Shown piece by piece: positions 30,501 through 46,900 of a stretch of DNA of 64,000 bases. The notes under the pieces were generated by a model. That model saw only the letters and a program-made list of their open reading frames with translations. It did no database searches and had not been told where the DNA came from. This DNA is from Eledone cirrhosa (lineage: Eukaryota), in NCBI GenBank assembly GCA_964016885.1, contig OZ024740.1:438340001-438404000 (forward strand). The letters are read 5' to 3'. Position 1 is the first letter of the stretch; each line of letters starts with the position of its first letter. The translations under genes and the position numbers were made by a program.

Positions 30501-33500
30501 GAACACACCTTTATAGAACATAGCTTAATAGAACATACCTTTATAGAACATACCTTTATAGAACATACCTTCATAGAACATACCTTTATAGTACAAACCT
30601 TTATAGTACATACTTTATAGTACATACCTTTATAGAATATACATTTATAGAACAGACCTTTATAGAACACACCTTTATAGAACATACCTTAATAGAACAT
30701 GCCTTTATAGAACAGGCCTTTATAGAACATACCGTTATAGTACATACCTTTATAGTACATACCTTAATAGAACATGCCTTTATAGAAAATACCTTTATAG
30801 AACAGACCTTTATAGAGCATACCTTTATAGAACACAACTTAATAGAACATACCTTTATAGAACATACCTTTATAGAACATACCTTTATAGAACATACCTT
30901 TATAGAACATACCTTTATAGAACATACCTTTATAGAACATACCTTTATAGAATATACCTTTATAGAATATACCTTTATAGAACAGACCTTTATAGAACAT
31001 ACCTTTATAGAACATAACTTTATGGAACATACCTTTATAGAACAGACCTTTATAGAACATACCTTTATAGTACATACCTTAATAGAACATGCCTTTATAG
31101 AAAATACCTTTATAGAACATACCTTTATAGAACATACCTTTATAGAACATACCTTTATAGAACACACCTTAATAGAACATACCTTTATAGAACATACCTT
31201 TATAGAACATACCTTTATAGAACATAACTTTATAGAACATACCTTTATAGAACATACATTTATAGAACATACCTTTATAGAATATACCTTTATAGAATAT
31301 ACCTTTATAGAACATACCTTTATAGAACATACCTTTATAGAACACACCTTAATAGAACATACCTTTATAGAACATAACTTTATAGAACATACCTTTATAG
31401 AACATAACTTTATAGAACATACCTTTATAGAACATACCTTTATAGAACATACCTTTATAGAATATACCTTTATAGAATATACCTTTATAGAACAGACCTT
31501 TATAGAACATACCTTTATAGAACAGACCTTTATAGAACATACCTTTATAGAACAGACCTTTATAGAACATACCTTTATAGAACATACCTTTATAGAACAT
31601 ACCTTTATAGAACAGACCTTTATAGAACATACCTTTATAGAAAATACCTTTATAGAACATACCTTTATAGAACACACCTTTATAGAACATACCTTTATTG
31701 AACATACCTCAATATAACATACCTTAATTGAACACACCTTTATAGAACACACCTTAATAGAACACACCTTTATAGACCATACCTTAATAGTACATACCTT
31801 TATAGAACAGACCCTTATAGAACATACCTTTATAGAACATACCTTTATAGAACACACCTTAATAGAACATAACTTTATAGAACATACCTTTATAGAACAC
31901 ACCTTTATAGAACATACCTTTATAGAATATACCTTTCTAGAACATACCTTTATAGAACAGATCTTTATAGAACATACCTTTATAGTACATACCTTTATAG
32001 TACATACCTTAATAGAACATACCTTTATAGAACACACCTTTATAGAATAGACCTTTATAGAACATACCTCTATAGAACATACCTTTATAGAATAGACCTT
32101 TATAGAACATACCTTTATACAACATACCTTTATAGAATAGACCTTTATAGAACATACCTTTTTAGAACACACCATTATAGAACATACCTTTATAGAACAC
32201 ACCTTTATAGAACATACCTTTATATCACACAACTTTATAGTACACACCTTTAGCGTACATACCTTAATAGAACATACCTTTATAGAACATATCTTTAGTG
32301 AATATATCTTTATAGAATAGACCTTTATAGAACATACCTTTATAGACCACACCTTTATAATACATAACTTTATAGAACACACCTTTATAGAACATACCTT
32401 TATAGAACATAACTTTATAGAACACACCTTTATAGAATACACCTTAATATAACATACCTTAACAGAACACACCTTTATAGAACAGACCTTTATAGAACAT
32501 ACCTATATAGAACACACCTTAATAGAACACACCTTTATAGACCATACCTTAATAGAACATACCTTTATAGAACAGACCTATATAGAACATACCTTTATAG
32601 AACACACCTTAATAGAACATGCCTTTATAGAACAGATCTTTATAGAACATACCTTTATAGAACACACCTTTATAGAACATACCTTTATATAATATACCTT
32701 TATAGAACATACCTTTATAGAACAGATCTTTATAGAACATACCTTTATAGAACAGAACTTTATAGAACATACCTTCATAGAACATACCTTTATAGTACAA
32801 ACCTTTATAGTACATACCTTTATAGTACATACCTTTATAGAATATACCTTTATAGAACAGACCTTTATAGAACACACCTTTATAGAACATACCTTTATAG
32901 AACATACTTTAATAGAACAAGCCTTTATAGAACAGACCTTTATAGAACATACCTTTATAGTTATTACCTTTATAGAACATACCTTAATAGAACATACCTT
33001 TATAGAACACACCTTTATAGAACAGACCCTTATAGAACATACGTTTATAGAATATACCTTTATAGAACAGACCTTTATAGAACATACCTTTATGGAACAC
33101 ACCTTAATAGAACATGCCTTTATAGAACAGGCCTTTATAGAACATACCGTTATAGTACATACCTTTATAGTACATACCTTAATAGAACATGCCTTTATAG
33201 AAAATACCTTTATAGAACAGACCTTTATAGAACATACCTTTATAGAAAATACCTTTATAGAAAATACCTTTATAGAACATACCTTTATAGAACATACCTT
33301 TATAGAACCTATCTTTATAGAACATACCTTTATAGAACACACCTTTATAAAACATACCTTTATACAACACACCTTTATAGAACATACCTTTATAGAACAC
33401 ACCTTTATAGAACATACATTTATAGAAAAGCCCTTTATAGAACACACCTTTATAATACATACCTTTATAGAACACACTTTTATAGAACATCCCTTTATAG

Positions 33501-34610
33501 AACATACCTTTATAGAATAGACCTTTATAGAACATACCTTTATAGAACATACCTTTATAGAACATACCTTTATAGAACATACCTTTATAGAACACACCTT
33601 TATAGAACATACCTTTATAGAACATACCTTTATAGAATAGACCTTTATAGAACATACCTTTTTAGAACACACCTTTATAGAACATACCTTTATAGAACAG
33701 ATCTTTATAGAAAATACCTTTATATTACACAACTTTATAGTACACACCTTTAGCGTACATACCTTAATAGAACAGACCTTTATAGAACATATCTTTAGAG
33801 AAGATACCTTTATAGAATAGACCTTTATAGAACACACCTTTATAGAATACAGCTTTATAGAACAGACATTTATAGAACACACCTTTATAGAACATACCTT
33901 TATAGAACACATCTTAATATAACATACCTTAATAGAAAACACCTTTATAGAACATAGCTTAATAGAACATACCTTTATAGTAAATAGCTTAATAGAACAT
34001 ACCTTTATAGAACATACCTCAATAGAACACCTCTTTATAGAACACACCTTTATAGAACATAGCTTAATAGAACATACCTTTATAGAACATACCTTTATAG
34101 AACATACCTTCATAGAACATACCTTTATAGTACAAACCTTTATAGTACATACTTTATAGTACATACCTTTATAGAATATACCTTTATAGAACAGACCTTT
34201 ATAGAACACACCTTTATAGAACATACCTTAATAGAACATGCCTTTATAGAACAGGCCTTTATAGAACATACCGTTATAGTACATACCTTTATAGTACATA
34301 CCTTAATAGAACATGCCTTTATAGAAAATACCTTTATAGAACAGACCTTTATAGAGCATACCTTTATAGAACACAACTTAATAGAACATACCTTTATAGA
34401 ACATACCTTTATAGAACATACCTTTATAGAACATACCTTTATAGAACATACCTTTATAGAACATACCTTTATAGAACATACCTTTATAGAATATACCTTT
34501 ATAGAATATACCTTTATAGAACAGACCTTTATAGAACATACCTTTATAGAACATAACTTTATGGAACATACCTTTATAGAACAGACCTTTATAGAACATA
34601 CCTTTATAGA
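27520..34610. repeat. Tandem duplication, period 3539 bp (236 monomers minus 1 bp), 2 copies
   Basis: ORF pairs 27810/31349, 29070/32609, 29553/33092, 29640/33179 and 30601/34140 are all offset by 3539. Shared rare variants include CTTAACAGAAC, GAACAAGCC and CACCTCTTTA. Confidence 0.94.
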
Positions 34611-36164
34611 ACATACCTTTATGGAACATACCTTTATAGAACACACCTTTATAGAACATACCTTTATAGAACACACCTTTATAGAACATACATTTATAGA
34701 AAAGCCCTTTATAGAACACACCTTTATAATACATACCTTTATAGAACACACCTTTATAGAACATCCCTTTATAGAACATACCTTTATAGAATAGACCTTT
34801 ATAGAACATACCTTTATAGAACATACCTTTATAGAACATACCTTTATAGAACATACCTTTATAGAACACACCTTTATAGAACATACCTTTATAGAACATA
34901 CCTTTATAGAATAGACCTTTATAGAACATAGCTTTTTAGAACACACCTTTATAGAACATACCTTTATAGAACACATCTTTATAGAAAATACCTTTATATT
35001 ACACAACTTTATAGTACACACCTTTAGCGTACATACCTTAATAGAACAGACCTTTATAGAACATATCTTTAGAGAAGATACCTTTATAGAATAGACCTTT
35101 ATAGAACACACCTTTATAGAATACAGCTTTATAGAACAGACATTTATAGAACACACCTTTATAGAACATACCTTTATAGAACACATCTTAATATAACATA
35201 CCTTAATAGAAAACACCTTTATAGAACATAGCTTAATAGAACATACCTTTATAGTAAATACCTTAATAGAACATACCTTTATAGAACAGACCTTTATAGA
35301 ACATACCTTCATAGAACATACCTTTATAGTACAAACCTTTATAGTACATACTTTATAGTACATACCTTTATAGAATATACCTTTATAGAACAGACCTTTA
35401 TAGAACACACCGTTATAGAACATACCTTTATAGAACATACTTTAATAGAACATGCCTTTATAGAACAGACCTTTATAGAACATACCTTTATAGTTATTAC
35501 CTTTATAGAACATACCTTAATAGAACATACCTTTATAGAACACACCTTTATAGAACAGACCCTTATAGAACATACGTTTATAGAATATACCTTTATAGAA
35601 CAGACCTTTATAGAACATACCTTTATAGAACACACCTTAATAGAACATGCCTTTATAGAACAGGCCTTTATAGAACATACCGTTATAGTACATACCTTTA
35701 TAGTACATACCTTAATAGAACATGCCTTTATAGAAAATAGCTTTATAGAACAGACCTTTATAGAGCATACCTTTATAGAACACAACTTAATAGAACATAC
35801 CTTTATAGAACATACCTTTATAGAACATACCTTTATAGAACATACCTTTATAGAACATACCTTTATAGAACATACCTTTATAGAACATACCTTTATAGAA
35901 TATACCTTTATAGAATATACCTTTATAGAACAGACCTTTATAGAACATAACTTTATAGAACATACCTTTATGGAACATACCTTTATAGAACAGACCTTTA
36001 TAGAACATACCTTTATAGAAAATACCTTTATAGAACATACCTTTATAGAACACACCTTTATAGAACATACCTTTATTGAACATACCTCAATATAACATAC
36101 CTTAATAGAACACACCTTTATAGACCATACCTTAATAGAACATACCTTTATAGAACATACCTTT

Positions 36165-39100
36165 ATAGAACATACCTTTATAGAACACACCTTTATAGAA
36201 CATACCTTTATAGAACATACCTTTATAGAATAGACCTTTATAGAACATAGCTTTTTAGAACACACCTTTATATTACACAACTTTATAGTACACACCTTTA
36301 GCGTACATACCTTAATAGAACAGACCTTTATAGAACATATATTTAGAGAAGATACCTTTATAGAATAGACCTTTATAGAACACACCTTTATAGAAAATGC
36401 CTTTATAGAACAGATCTTTATAGAACACACCTTTATAGAACACACCTTTATAGAACATACCTCTATATAACATACCTTAATAGAACACACCTTTATAGAA
36501 CACACCTTTATAGAACACACCTTTATAGAAAATGCCTTTATAGAACAGATCTTTATAGAACACACCTTTATAGAACACACCTTTATAGAACATACCTTAT
36601 TAGAATACACCTTTATAGAACAGACCTTTATAGAACATACCTTTATAGAACACACATTAATAGAACACACCTTTATAGACCATACCTTAATAGAACATAC
36701 CTTTATAGAACATACCTTTATAGAACATATCTTTATAGGACATACCTTTATAGAACACACCTTTATAGAACATACATTTATAGAAAAGCCCTTTATAGAA
36801 CACACCTTTATAATACATACCTTTATAGAACACACCTTTATAGAACATACCTTTATAGAACATACCTTTATAGAATAGACCTTTATAGAACATACCTTTT
36901 TAGAACACACCTTTATAGAACATACATTGATAGAACACACCTTTATAGAACATAACTTTATATTACACAACTTTATAGTACACACCTTTAGCGTACATAC
37001 CTTAATAGAACATACCTTTATAGAACATATCTTTAGAGAAGATATCTTTATAGAATAGACCTTTATAGAACATACCTTTATAGAACACATCTTGATAATA
37101 CATAACTTTATAGAACACACCTTAATAGAACATGCCATTATAGAACATAGCGTTATAGAACATACCTTTATAGAACAGACCTTTATAGAACACACTTTAA
37201 TAGAACATGCCATTATAAAACATAGCGTTATAGAACATACCTTTATAGAACAGACCTTTATAGAACATACCTTTATAGAAAATACCTTTATAGAACATAC
37301 CTTTATAGACCATACCTTTATAGAAAATACCTTTATAGAACATTCCTTTATAGAAAATACCTTCATAGAACATACCTTTATAGAACAGACCTTTATAGAA
37401 CATACCTTTAGAGAATATACCATTATAGAACAGACCTTTATAGAACATACCTTTATAGAACATAACTTTATAGAACATATCTTTATAGAACATACCTTTA
37501 TAGAACACACCTTAATAGAACACACCTTTATAGAATAGAGCTTTATAGAACATACCTTTATAGAACACACCTTAATAGAACATGCCTTTATAGAACAGAC
37601 CTTTATAGAACACACCTTTATAGAACATGCCTTTATAGAACAGATCTTTATAGAACACACCTTTATAGAACACACCTTTATAGAACATACCTCTATATAA
37701 CATACCTTAATAGAACACACCTTTATAGAACACACCTGTATAGAACACACCTTTATAGAACATACCTTAATAGAATACACCTTTATAGAACAGACCTTTA
37801 TAGAACATACCTATATAGAACACACCTTAATAGAACACACCTTTATAGACCATACCTTAATAGAACATACCTTTATAGAACAGACCTATATAGAACATAC
37901 CTTTATAGAACACACCTTAATAGAACATGCCTTTATAGAACAGATCTTTATAGAACATACCTTTATAGAACACACCTTTATAGAACATACCTTTATAGAA
38001 TATACCTTTATAGAACATACCTTTATAGAACAGATCTTTATAGAACATACCTTTATAGAACAGACCTTTATAGAACATACCTTCATAGCACATACCTTTA
38101 TAGTACAAACCTTTATAGTACATACCTTTATAGTACATACCTTTATAGAATATACCTTTATAGAACATACCTTTATAGAACATACCTTTATAGAACACAC
38201 CTTTAAAGAACATACCTTTATAGAACATACCTTTATAGAATAGACCTTTATAGAACATAGCTTTTTAGAACACACCTTTATATTACACAACTTTATAGTA
38301 CACACCTTTAGCGTACATACCTTAATAGAACAGACCTTTATAGAACATATCTTTAGAGAAGATACCTTTATAGAATAGACCTTTATAGAACACACCTTTA
38401 TAGAAAATGCCTTTATAGAACAGATCTTTATAGAACACACCTTTATAGAACACACCTTTATAGAACATACCTCTATATAACATACCTTAATAGAACACAC
38501 CTTTATAGAACACACCTTTATAGAACACACCTTTATAGAAAATGCCTTTATAGAACAGATCTTTATAGAACACACCTTTATAGAACACACATTTATAGAA
38601 CATACCTTATTAGAATACACCTTTATAGAACAGACCTTTATAGAACATACCTTTATAGAACACACCTTAATAGAACACACCTTTATAGACCATACCTTAA
38701 TAGAACATACCTTTATAGAACATACCTTTATAGAACATATCTTTATAGGACATACCTTTATAGAACACACCTTTATAGAACATACATTTATAGAAAAGCC
38801 CTTTATAGAACACACCTTTATAATACATACCTTTATAGAACACACCTTTATAGAACATACCTTTATAGAACATACCTTTATAGAATAGATCTTTATAGAA
38901 CATACCTTTTTAGAACACACCCTTATAGAACATACATTGATAGAACACACCTTTATAGAACATAACTTTATATTACACAACTTTATAGTACACACCTTTA
39001 GCGTACATACCTTAATAGAACATACTTTTATAGAACATATCTTTACAGAAGATATCTTTATAGAATAGACCTTTATAGAACATACCTTTATAGAACACAT

Positions 39101-40175
39101 CTTGATAATACATAACTTTATAGAACACACCTTAATAGAACATGCCATTATAGAACATAGCGTTATAGAACATACCTTTATAGAACAGACCTTTATAGAA
39201 CACACTTTAATAGAACATGCCATTATAAAACATAGCGTTATAGAACATACCTTTATAGAACAGACCTTTATAGAACATACCTTTATAGAAAATAACTTTA
39301 TAGAACATACCTTTATAGACCATACCTTTATAGAAAATACCTTTATAGAACATTCCTTTATAGAAAATACCTTCATAGAACATACCTTTATAGAACAGAC
39401 CTTTATAGAACATACCTTTAGAGAATATACCATTATAGAACAGACCTTTATAGAACATACCTTTATAGAACATAACTTTATAGAACATATCTTTATAGAA
39501 CATACCTTTATAGAACACACCTTAATAGAACACACCTTTATAGAATAGAGCTTTATAGAACATACCTTTATAGAACACACCTTAATAGAACATGCCTTTA
39601 TAGAACAGACCTTTATAGAACACACCTTTATAGAACATGCCTTTATAGAACAGATCTTTATAGAACACACCTTTATAGAACACACCTTTATAGAACATAC
39701 CTCTATATAACATACCTTAATAGAACACACCTTTATAGAACACACCTTTATAGAACACACCTTTATAGAACATACCTTAATAGAATACACCTTTATAGAA
39801 CAGACCTTTATAGAACATACCTATATAGAACACACCTTAATAGAACACACCTTTATAGACCATACCTTAATAGAACATACCTTTATAGAACAGACCTATA
39901 TAGAACATACCTTTATAGAACACACCTTAATAGAACATGCCTTTATAGAACAGATCTTTATAGAACATACCTTTATAGAACACACCTTTATAGAACATAC
40001 CTTTATAGAATATACCTTTATAGAACATACCTTTATAGAACAGATCTTTATAGAACATACCTTTATAGAACAGACCTTTATAGAACATACCTTCATAGAA
40101 CATACCTTTATAGTACAAACCTTTATAGTACATACCTTTATAGTACATACCTTTATAGAATATACCTTTATAGAA
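36165..40175. repeat. Tandem duplication, period 2010 bp (134 monomers), 2 copies with several point differences
   Basis: ORF pairs 36687/38697, 37092/39102, 37197/39207 and 37886/39896 are offset by 2010. The CATTGATAG and CTTGATAATAC variants are shared. Confidence 0.92.
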
Positions 40176-40919
40176 CAGACATTTATAGAACACACCTTTA
40201 TAGAACATACCTTTATAGAACATACTTTAATAGAACATGCCTTTATAGAACAGACCTTTATAGAACATACCTTTATAGAACATACCTTAATAGAACATAC
40301 CTTTATAGAACACACCTTTATAGAACAGACCCTTATAGAACATACGTTTATAGAATATACCTTTATAGAACAGACCTTTATAGAACATACCTTTATAGAA
40401 CACACCTTAATAGAACATGCCTTTATAGAACAGGCCTTTATAGAACATACCGTTATAGTACATACCTTTATAGTACATACCTTAATAGAACATGCCTTTA
40501 TAGAAAATACCTTTATAGAACAGACCTTTATAGAACATACCTTAATAGAAAATACCTTTATAGAAAATACCTTTATAGAACATACCTTTATAGAACATAC
40601 CTTTATAGAGCATACCTTTATAGAACACACCTTAATAGAACATACCTTTATAGAACATACCTTTATAGAACATACCTTTATAGAAGATACCTTTATAGAA
40701 CATACCTTTATAGAACATACCTTTATAGAACATACCTTTATAGAATATACCTTTATAGAATATACCTTTATAGAACAGACCTTTATAGAACATACCTTTA
40801 TAGAACATACCTTTATGGAACATACCTTTATAGAACAGACCTTTATAGAACATACCTTTATAGAAAATACCTTCATAGAACATAACTTTATAGAACACAC
40901 CTTTATAGAACACCTTTAT

Positions 40920-43900
40920 TGAACATACCTCAATATAACATACCTTAATAGAACACACCTTTATAGACCATACCTTAATAGAACATACCTTTATAGAACA
41001 TACCTTTATAGAACATACCTTTATAGAACACACCTTTATAGAACATACCTTTATAGAACATACCTTTATAGAATAGACCTTTATAGAACATAGCTTTTTA
41101 GAACACACCTTTATATTACACAACTTTATAGTACACACCTTTAGCGTACATACCTTAATAGAACAGACCTTTATAGAACATATCTTTAGAGAAGATACCT
41201 TTATAGAATAGACCTTTATAGAACACACCTTTATAGAAAATGCCTTTATAGAACAGATCTTTATAGAACACACCTTTATAGAACACACCTTTATAGAAAA
41301 TACCTCTATATAACATGCCTTAATAGAACACACCTTTATAGAAGACACCTTTATAGAACACACCTTTATAGAAAATGCCTTTATAGAACAGATCTTTATA
41401 GAACACACCTTTATAGAACACACCTTTATAGAACATACCTCTATATAACATACCTTAATAGAACACACCTTTATAGAACACACCTTTATAGAACACACCT
41501 TTATAGAACATACCTTATTAGAATACACCTTTATAGAACAGACCTTTATAGAACATACCTTTATAGAACACACCTTAATAGAACACATCTTTATAGACCA
41601 TACCTTAATAGAACATACCTTTATAGAACATACCTTTATAGAACATATCTTTATAGGACATACCTTTATAGAACACACCTTTATAGAACATACATTTATA
41701 GAAAAGCCCTTTATAGAACACACCTTTATAATACATACCTTTATAGAACACACCTTTATAGAACATACCTTTATAGAACATACCTTTATAGAATAGACCT
41801 TTATAGAACATACCTTTTTAGAACACACCTTTATAGAACATACATTTATAGAACACACCTTTATAGAACATAACTTTATATTACACAACTTTATAGTACA
41901 CACCTTTAGCGTACATACCTTAATAGAACATACCTTTATAGAACATATCTTTAGAGAAGATATCTTTATAGAATAGACCTTTATAGAACATACCTTTATA
42001 GAACACATCTTTATAATACATAACTTTATAGAACACACCTTAATAGAACATGCCATTATAGAACATAGCGTTATAGAACATACCTTTATAGAACAGACCT
42101 TTATAGAACACACTTTAATAGAACATGCCATTATAAAACATAGCGTTATAGAACATACCTTTATAGAACATACCTTTATAGAACATACCTTTATAGAAAA
42201 TACCTTTATAGAACATACCTTTATAGACCATACCTTTATAGAAAATACCTTTTTAGAACATACCTTTATAGAAAATACCTTCATAGAACATACCTTTATA
42301 GAACAGACCTTTATAGAACATACCATTAGAGAATATACCATTATAGAACAGACTTTTATAGAACAGACCTTTATAGAACATACCTACATAGAACACACCT
42401 TAATAGAACACACCTTTATAGACCATACCTTAATAGAACATACCTTTATAGAACAGACCTATATAGAACATACCTTTATAGAACACACCTTAATAGAACA
42501 TGCCTTTATAGAACAGAACTTTATAGAACATACCTTTATAGTACACACCTTTATAGAACATACCTTTATAGAATATACCTTTATAGAACATACCTTTATA
42601 GAACAGATCTTTATAGAACATACATTTATAGTACATACCTTTATAGTACATACCTTAATAGAACATACCTTTATAGAACATACCTTTATAGAACATACCT
42701 TTATAGAACACACCTTAATAGAACATGCCTTTATAGAACAGGCCTTTATATAACATACCTTTATAGTGCATACCTTTATAGTACATACCTTAATAGAACA
42801 TACCTTTATAGAACATACCTTTATAGAACATACCTTAATAGAACACATGTTTATAGAACACACCTTTATAGAACACACCTTTATAGAACACACCTTTATA
42901 GAACAAACCTTTATAGAATATACCTTTATAGAACAGACCTTTATAGAACATACCTTTATAGAACACACCTTAATAGAACATGCCTTCATAGAACAGGCCT
43001 TTATAGAACAGACCTTTATAGAACATACCTTTAGAGAATATACCATTATAGAACAGACCTTTATAGAACATACCTTCATAGAACATACCTTTATAGAACA
43101 TACCTTTATAGAACACACCTTCATAGAACATGCCTTTATAGAACAGACCTTTATAGAACACACCTTTATAGAACATGCCTTTATAGAACAGATCTTTATA
43201 GAACACACCTTTATAGAACACACCTTTATAGAACATACCTCTATATAACATACCTTAATAGAACACACCTTTATAGAACACACCTTTATAGAACACACCT
43301 TTATAGAACATACCTTAATAGAATACACCTTTATAGAACAGACCTTTATAGAACATACCTATATAGAACACACCTTAATAGAACACACCTTTATAGACCA
43401 TACCTTAATAGAACATACCTTTATAGAACAGACCTATATAGAACATACATTTATAGAACACACCTTAATAGAACATGCCTTTATAGAACAGACCTTTATA
43501 GAACATACCTTTATAGAACACACCTTTATAGAACATACCTTTATAGAATATACCTTTATAGAACATACCTTTATAGAACAGATCTTTATAGAACATATTT
43601 TTATAGTACATACCTTTATAGTACATACCTTAATAGAACATACCTTTATAGAACATACCTTTATAGAACATACCTTTATAGAACACACCTTAATAGAACA
43701 TGCCTTTATAGAACAGGCCTTTATAGAACATACCTTTATAGTGCATACCTTTATAGTACATACCTTAATAGAACATACCTTTATAGAACATACCTTTATA
43801 GAACATACCTTTATAGAACATACCTTTATAGAACATACCTTTATAGAACATACCTTTATAGAAAATACCTTTATAGAACATACCTTTATGGAACATACCT

Positions 43901-46900
43901 TTATAGAACAGACCTTTATAGAACATACCTTTATAGAAAATACCTTTATAGAACATAACTTTATAGAACACACCTTTATAGAACATACCTTTATTGAACA
44001 TACCTCAATATAACATATCTTAATAGAACACAACTTTATAGACCATACCTTAATAGAACATACCTTTATAGAACATACCTTTATAGAACATACCTTTATA
44101 GAACACACCTTTATAGAACATACCTTTATAGAACATACCTTTATAGAATAGACCTTTATAGAACATAGCTTTTTAGAACACACCTTTATATTACACAACT
44201 TTATAGTACACACCTTTAGCGTACATACCTTTATAGAATAGACCTTTATAGAACACACCTTTATATAAAATGCCTTTATAGAACAGATCTTTATAGAACA
44301 CACCTTTATAGAACACACCTTTATAGAACATACCTCTATATAACATACCTTAATAGAACACACCTTTATAGAAGACACCTTTATAGAACACACCTTTATA
44401 GAAAATGCCTTTATAGAACAGATCTTCATAGAACACACCTTTATAGAACACACCTTTATAGAACATACCTCTATATAACATACCTTAATAGAACACACCT
44501 TTATAGAACACACCTTTATAGAACACACCTTTATAGAACATACCTTATTAGAATACACCTTTATAGAACAGACATTTATAGAACATACCTTTATAGAACA
44601 CACCTGAATAGAACACATCTTTATAGACCATACCTTAATAGAACATACCTTTATAGAACATACCTTTATAGAACATATCTTTATAGGACATACCTTTATA
44701 GAACACACCTTTATAGAACATACATTTATAGAAAAGCCCTTTATAGAACACACCTTTATAATACATACCTTTATAGAACACACCTTTATAGAACATACCT
44801 TTATAGAACATACCTTTATAGAATAGACCTTTATAGAACATACCTTTTTAGAACACACCTTTATAGAACATACATTTATAGAACACACCTTTATAGAACA
44901 TAACTTTATATTACACAACTTTATAGTATACACCTTTAGCGTACATACCTTAATAGAACATACCTTTATAGAACATATCTTTAGAGAAGATATCTTTATA
45001 GAATAGACCTTTATAGAACATACCTTTATAGAACACATCTTTATAATACATAACTTTATAGAACACACCTTAATAGAACATGCCATTATAGAACATAGCG
45101 TTATAGAACATACCTTTATAGAACAGACCTTTATAGAACACACTTTAATAGAACATGCCATTATAAAACATAGCGTTATAGAACATACCTTTATAGAACA
45201 GACCTTTATAGAACATACCTTTATAGAAAATACCTTTATAGAACATACCTTTATAGACCATACCTTTATAGAAAATACCTTTATAGAACATACCTTTATA
45301 GAAAATACCTTCATAGAACATACCTTTATAGAACAGACCTTTATAGAACATACCTTTAGAGAATATACCATTATAGAACAGACCTTTATAGAACATACCT
45401 TTATAGAACATACCTTTATAGAACATATCTTTATAGAACATAACTTTATAGAACACACCTTAATAGAACACACCTTTATAGAATAGAGCTTTATAGAACA
45501 TACCTTTATAGAACACACCTTAATAGAACATGCCTTTATAGAACAGACCTTTATAGAACACACCTTTATAGAACATGCCTTTATAGAACAGATCTTTATA
45601 GAACACACCTTTATAGAACACACCTTTATAGAACATACCACTATAAAACATACCTTAATAGAACACACCTTTATAGAACACACCTTTATAGAACACACCT
45701 TTATAGAACATACCTTAATAGAATACACCTTTATAGAACAGAACTTTATAGAACATACCTATATAGAACACACCTTAATAGAACACACCTTTATAGACCA
45801 TACCTTAATAGAACATACCTTTATAGAACAGACCTATATAGAACATACCTTTATAGAACACACCTTAATAGAACATGCCTTTATAGAACAGAACTTTATA
45901 GAACATACCTTTATAGTACACACCTTTATAGAACATACCTTTATAGAATATACCTTTATAGAACATACCTTTATAGAACAGATCTTTATAGAACATACCT
46001 GTATAGTACATACCTTTATAGTACATACCTTAATAGAACATACCTTTATATAACATACCTTTATAGAACATACCTTTATAGAACACACCTTAATAGAACA
46101 TGCCTTTATAGAACAGGCCTTTATAGAACATACCTTTATAGTGCATACCTTTATAGTACATACCTTAATAGAACATGCCTTTATAGAACATACCTTTATA
46201 GAACATACCTTAATAGAACACATGTTTATAGAACACAACTTTATAGAACATAGCTATATAGAACACACCTTTATAAAACATAGCTTAATAGAACATGCCT
46301 TTATAGAACAGACCTTTATAGAACATACCTTCATAGTACATACCTTTATAGTACATACCTTTATAGTTACTACCTTTATAGAACATTCCTTAATAGAACA
46401 TACCTTTATAGAACACAACTTTATAGAACACACCTTTATAGAACACACCTTTATAGAAGAAACCTTTATAGAATATACCTTTATAGAACAGACCTTTATA
46501 GAACATACCTTTATAGAACACACCTTAATAGAACATGCCTTCATAGAACAGGTCTTTATAGAACATACCTTTATAGTACATACCTGTATAGTACATACCT
46601 TAATAGAACATACCTTTATAGAACATACCATTATAGAACAGACCTTTATAGAACATACCTTTATAGAAAATACCTTTATAGAACATACCTTTATAGAAAA
46701 TACCTTCATAGAACATGCCTTTATAGAACAGACCTTTATAGAACACACCTTTATAGAACATGCCTTTATAGAACAGATCTTTATAGAACACACCTTTATA
46801 GAACACACCTTTATAGAACATACCTTTAGAGAATATACCATTATAGAACAGACCTTTATAGAACATACCTTCACAGAACATACCTTTATAGAACATATCT

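Noticed and set aside
247-35360. Programmed ribosomal frameshifting at the recurrent 14-bp monomer, linking successive VCSIK ORFs
   Set aside because: The minus-strand context (TACTATAAAGTATGT) has no canonical X XXY YYZ slippery heptamer or evident stimulatory structure. The recurrence is explained by duplication of one deletion.
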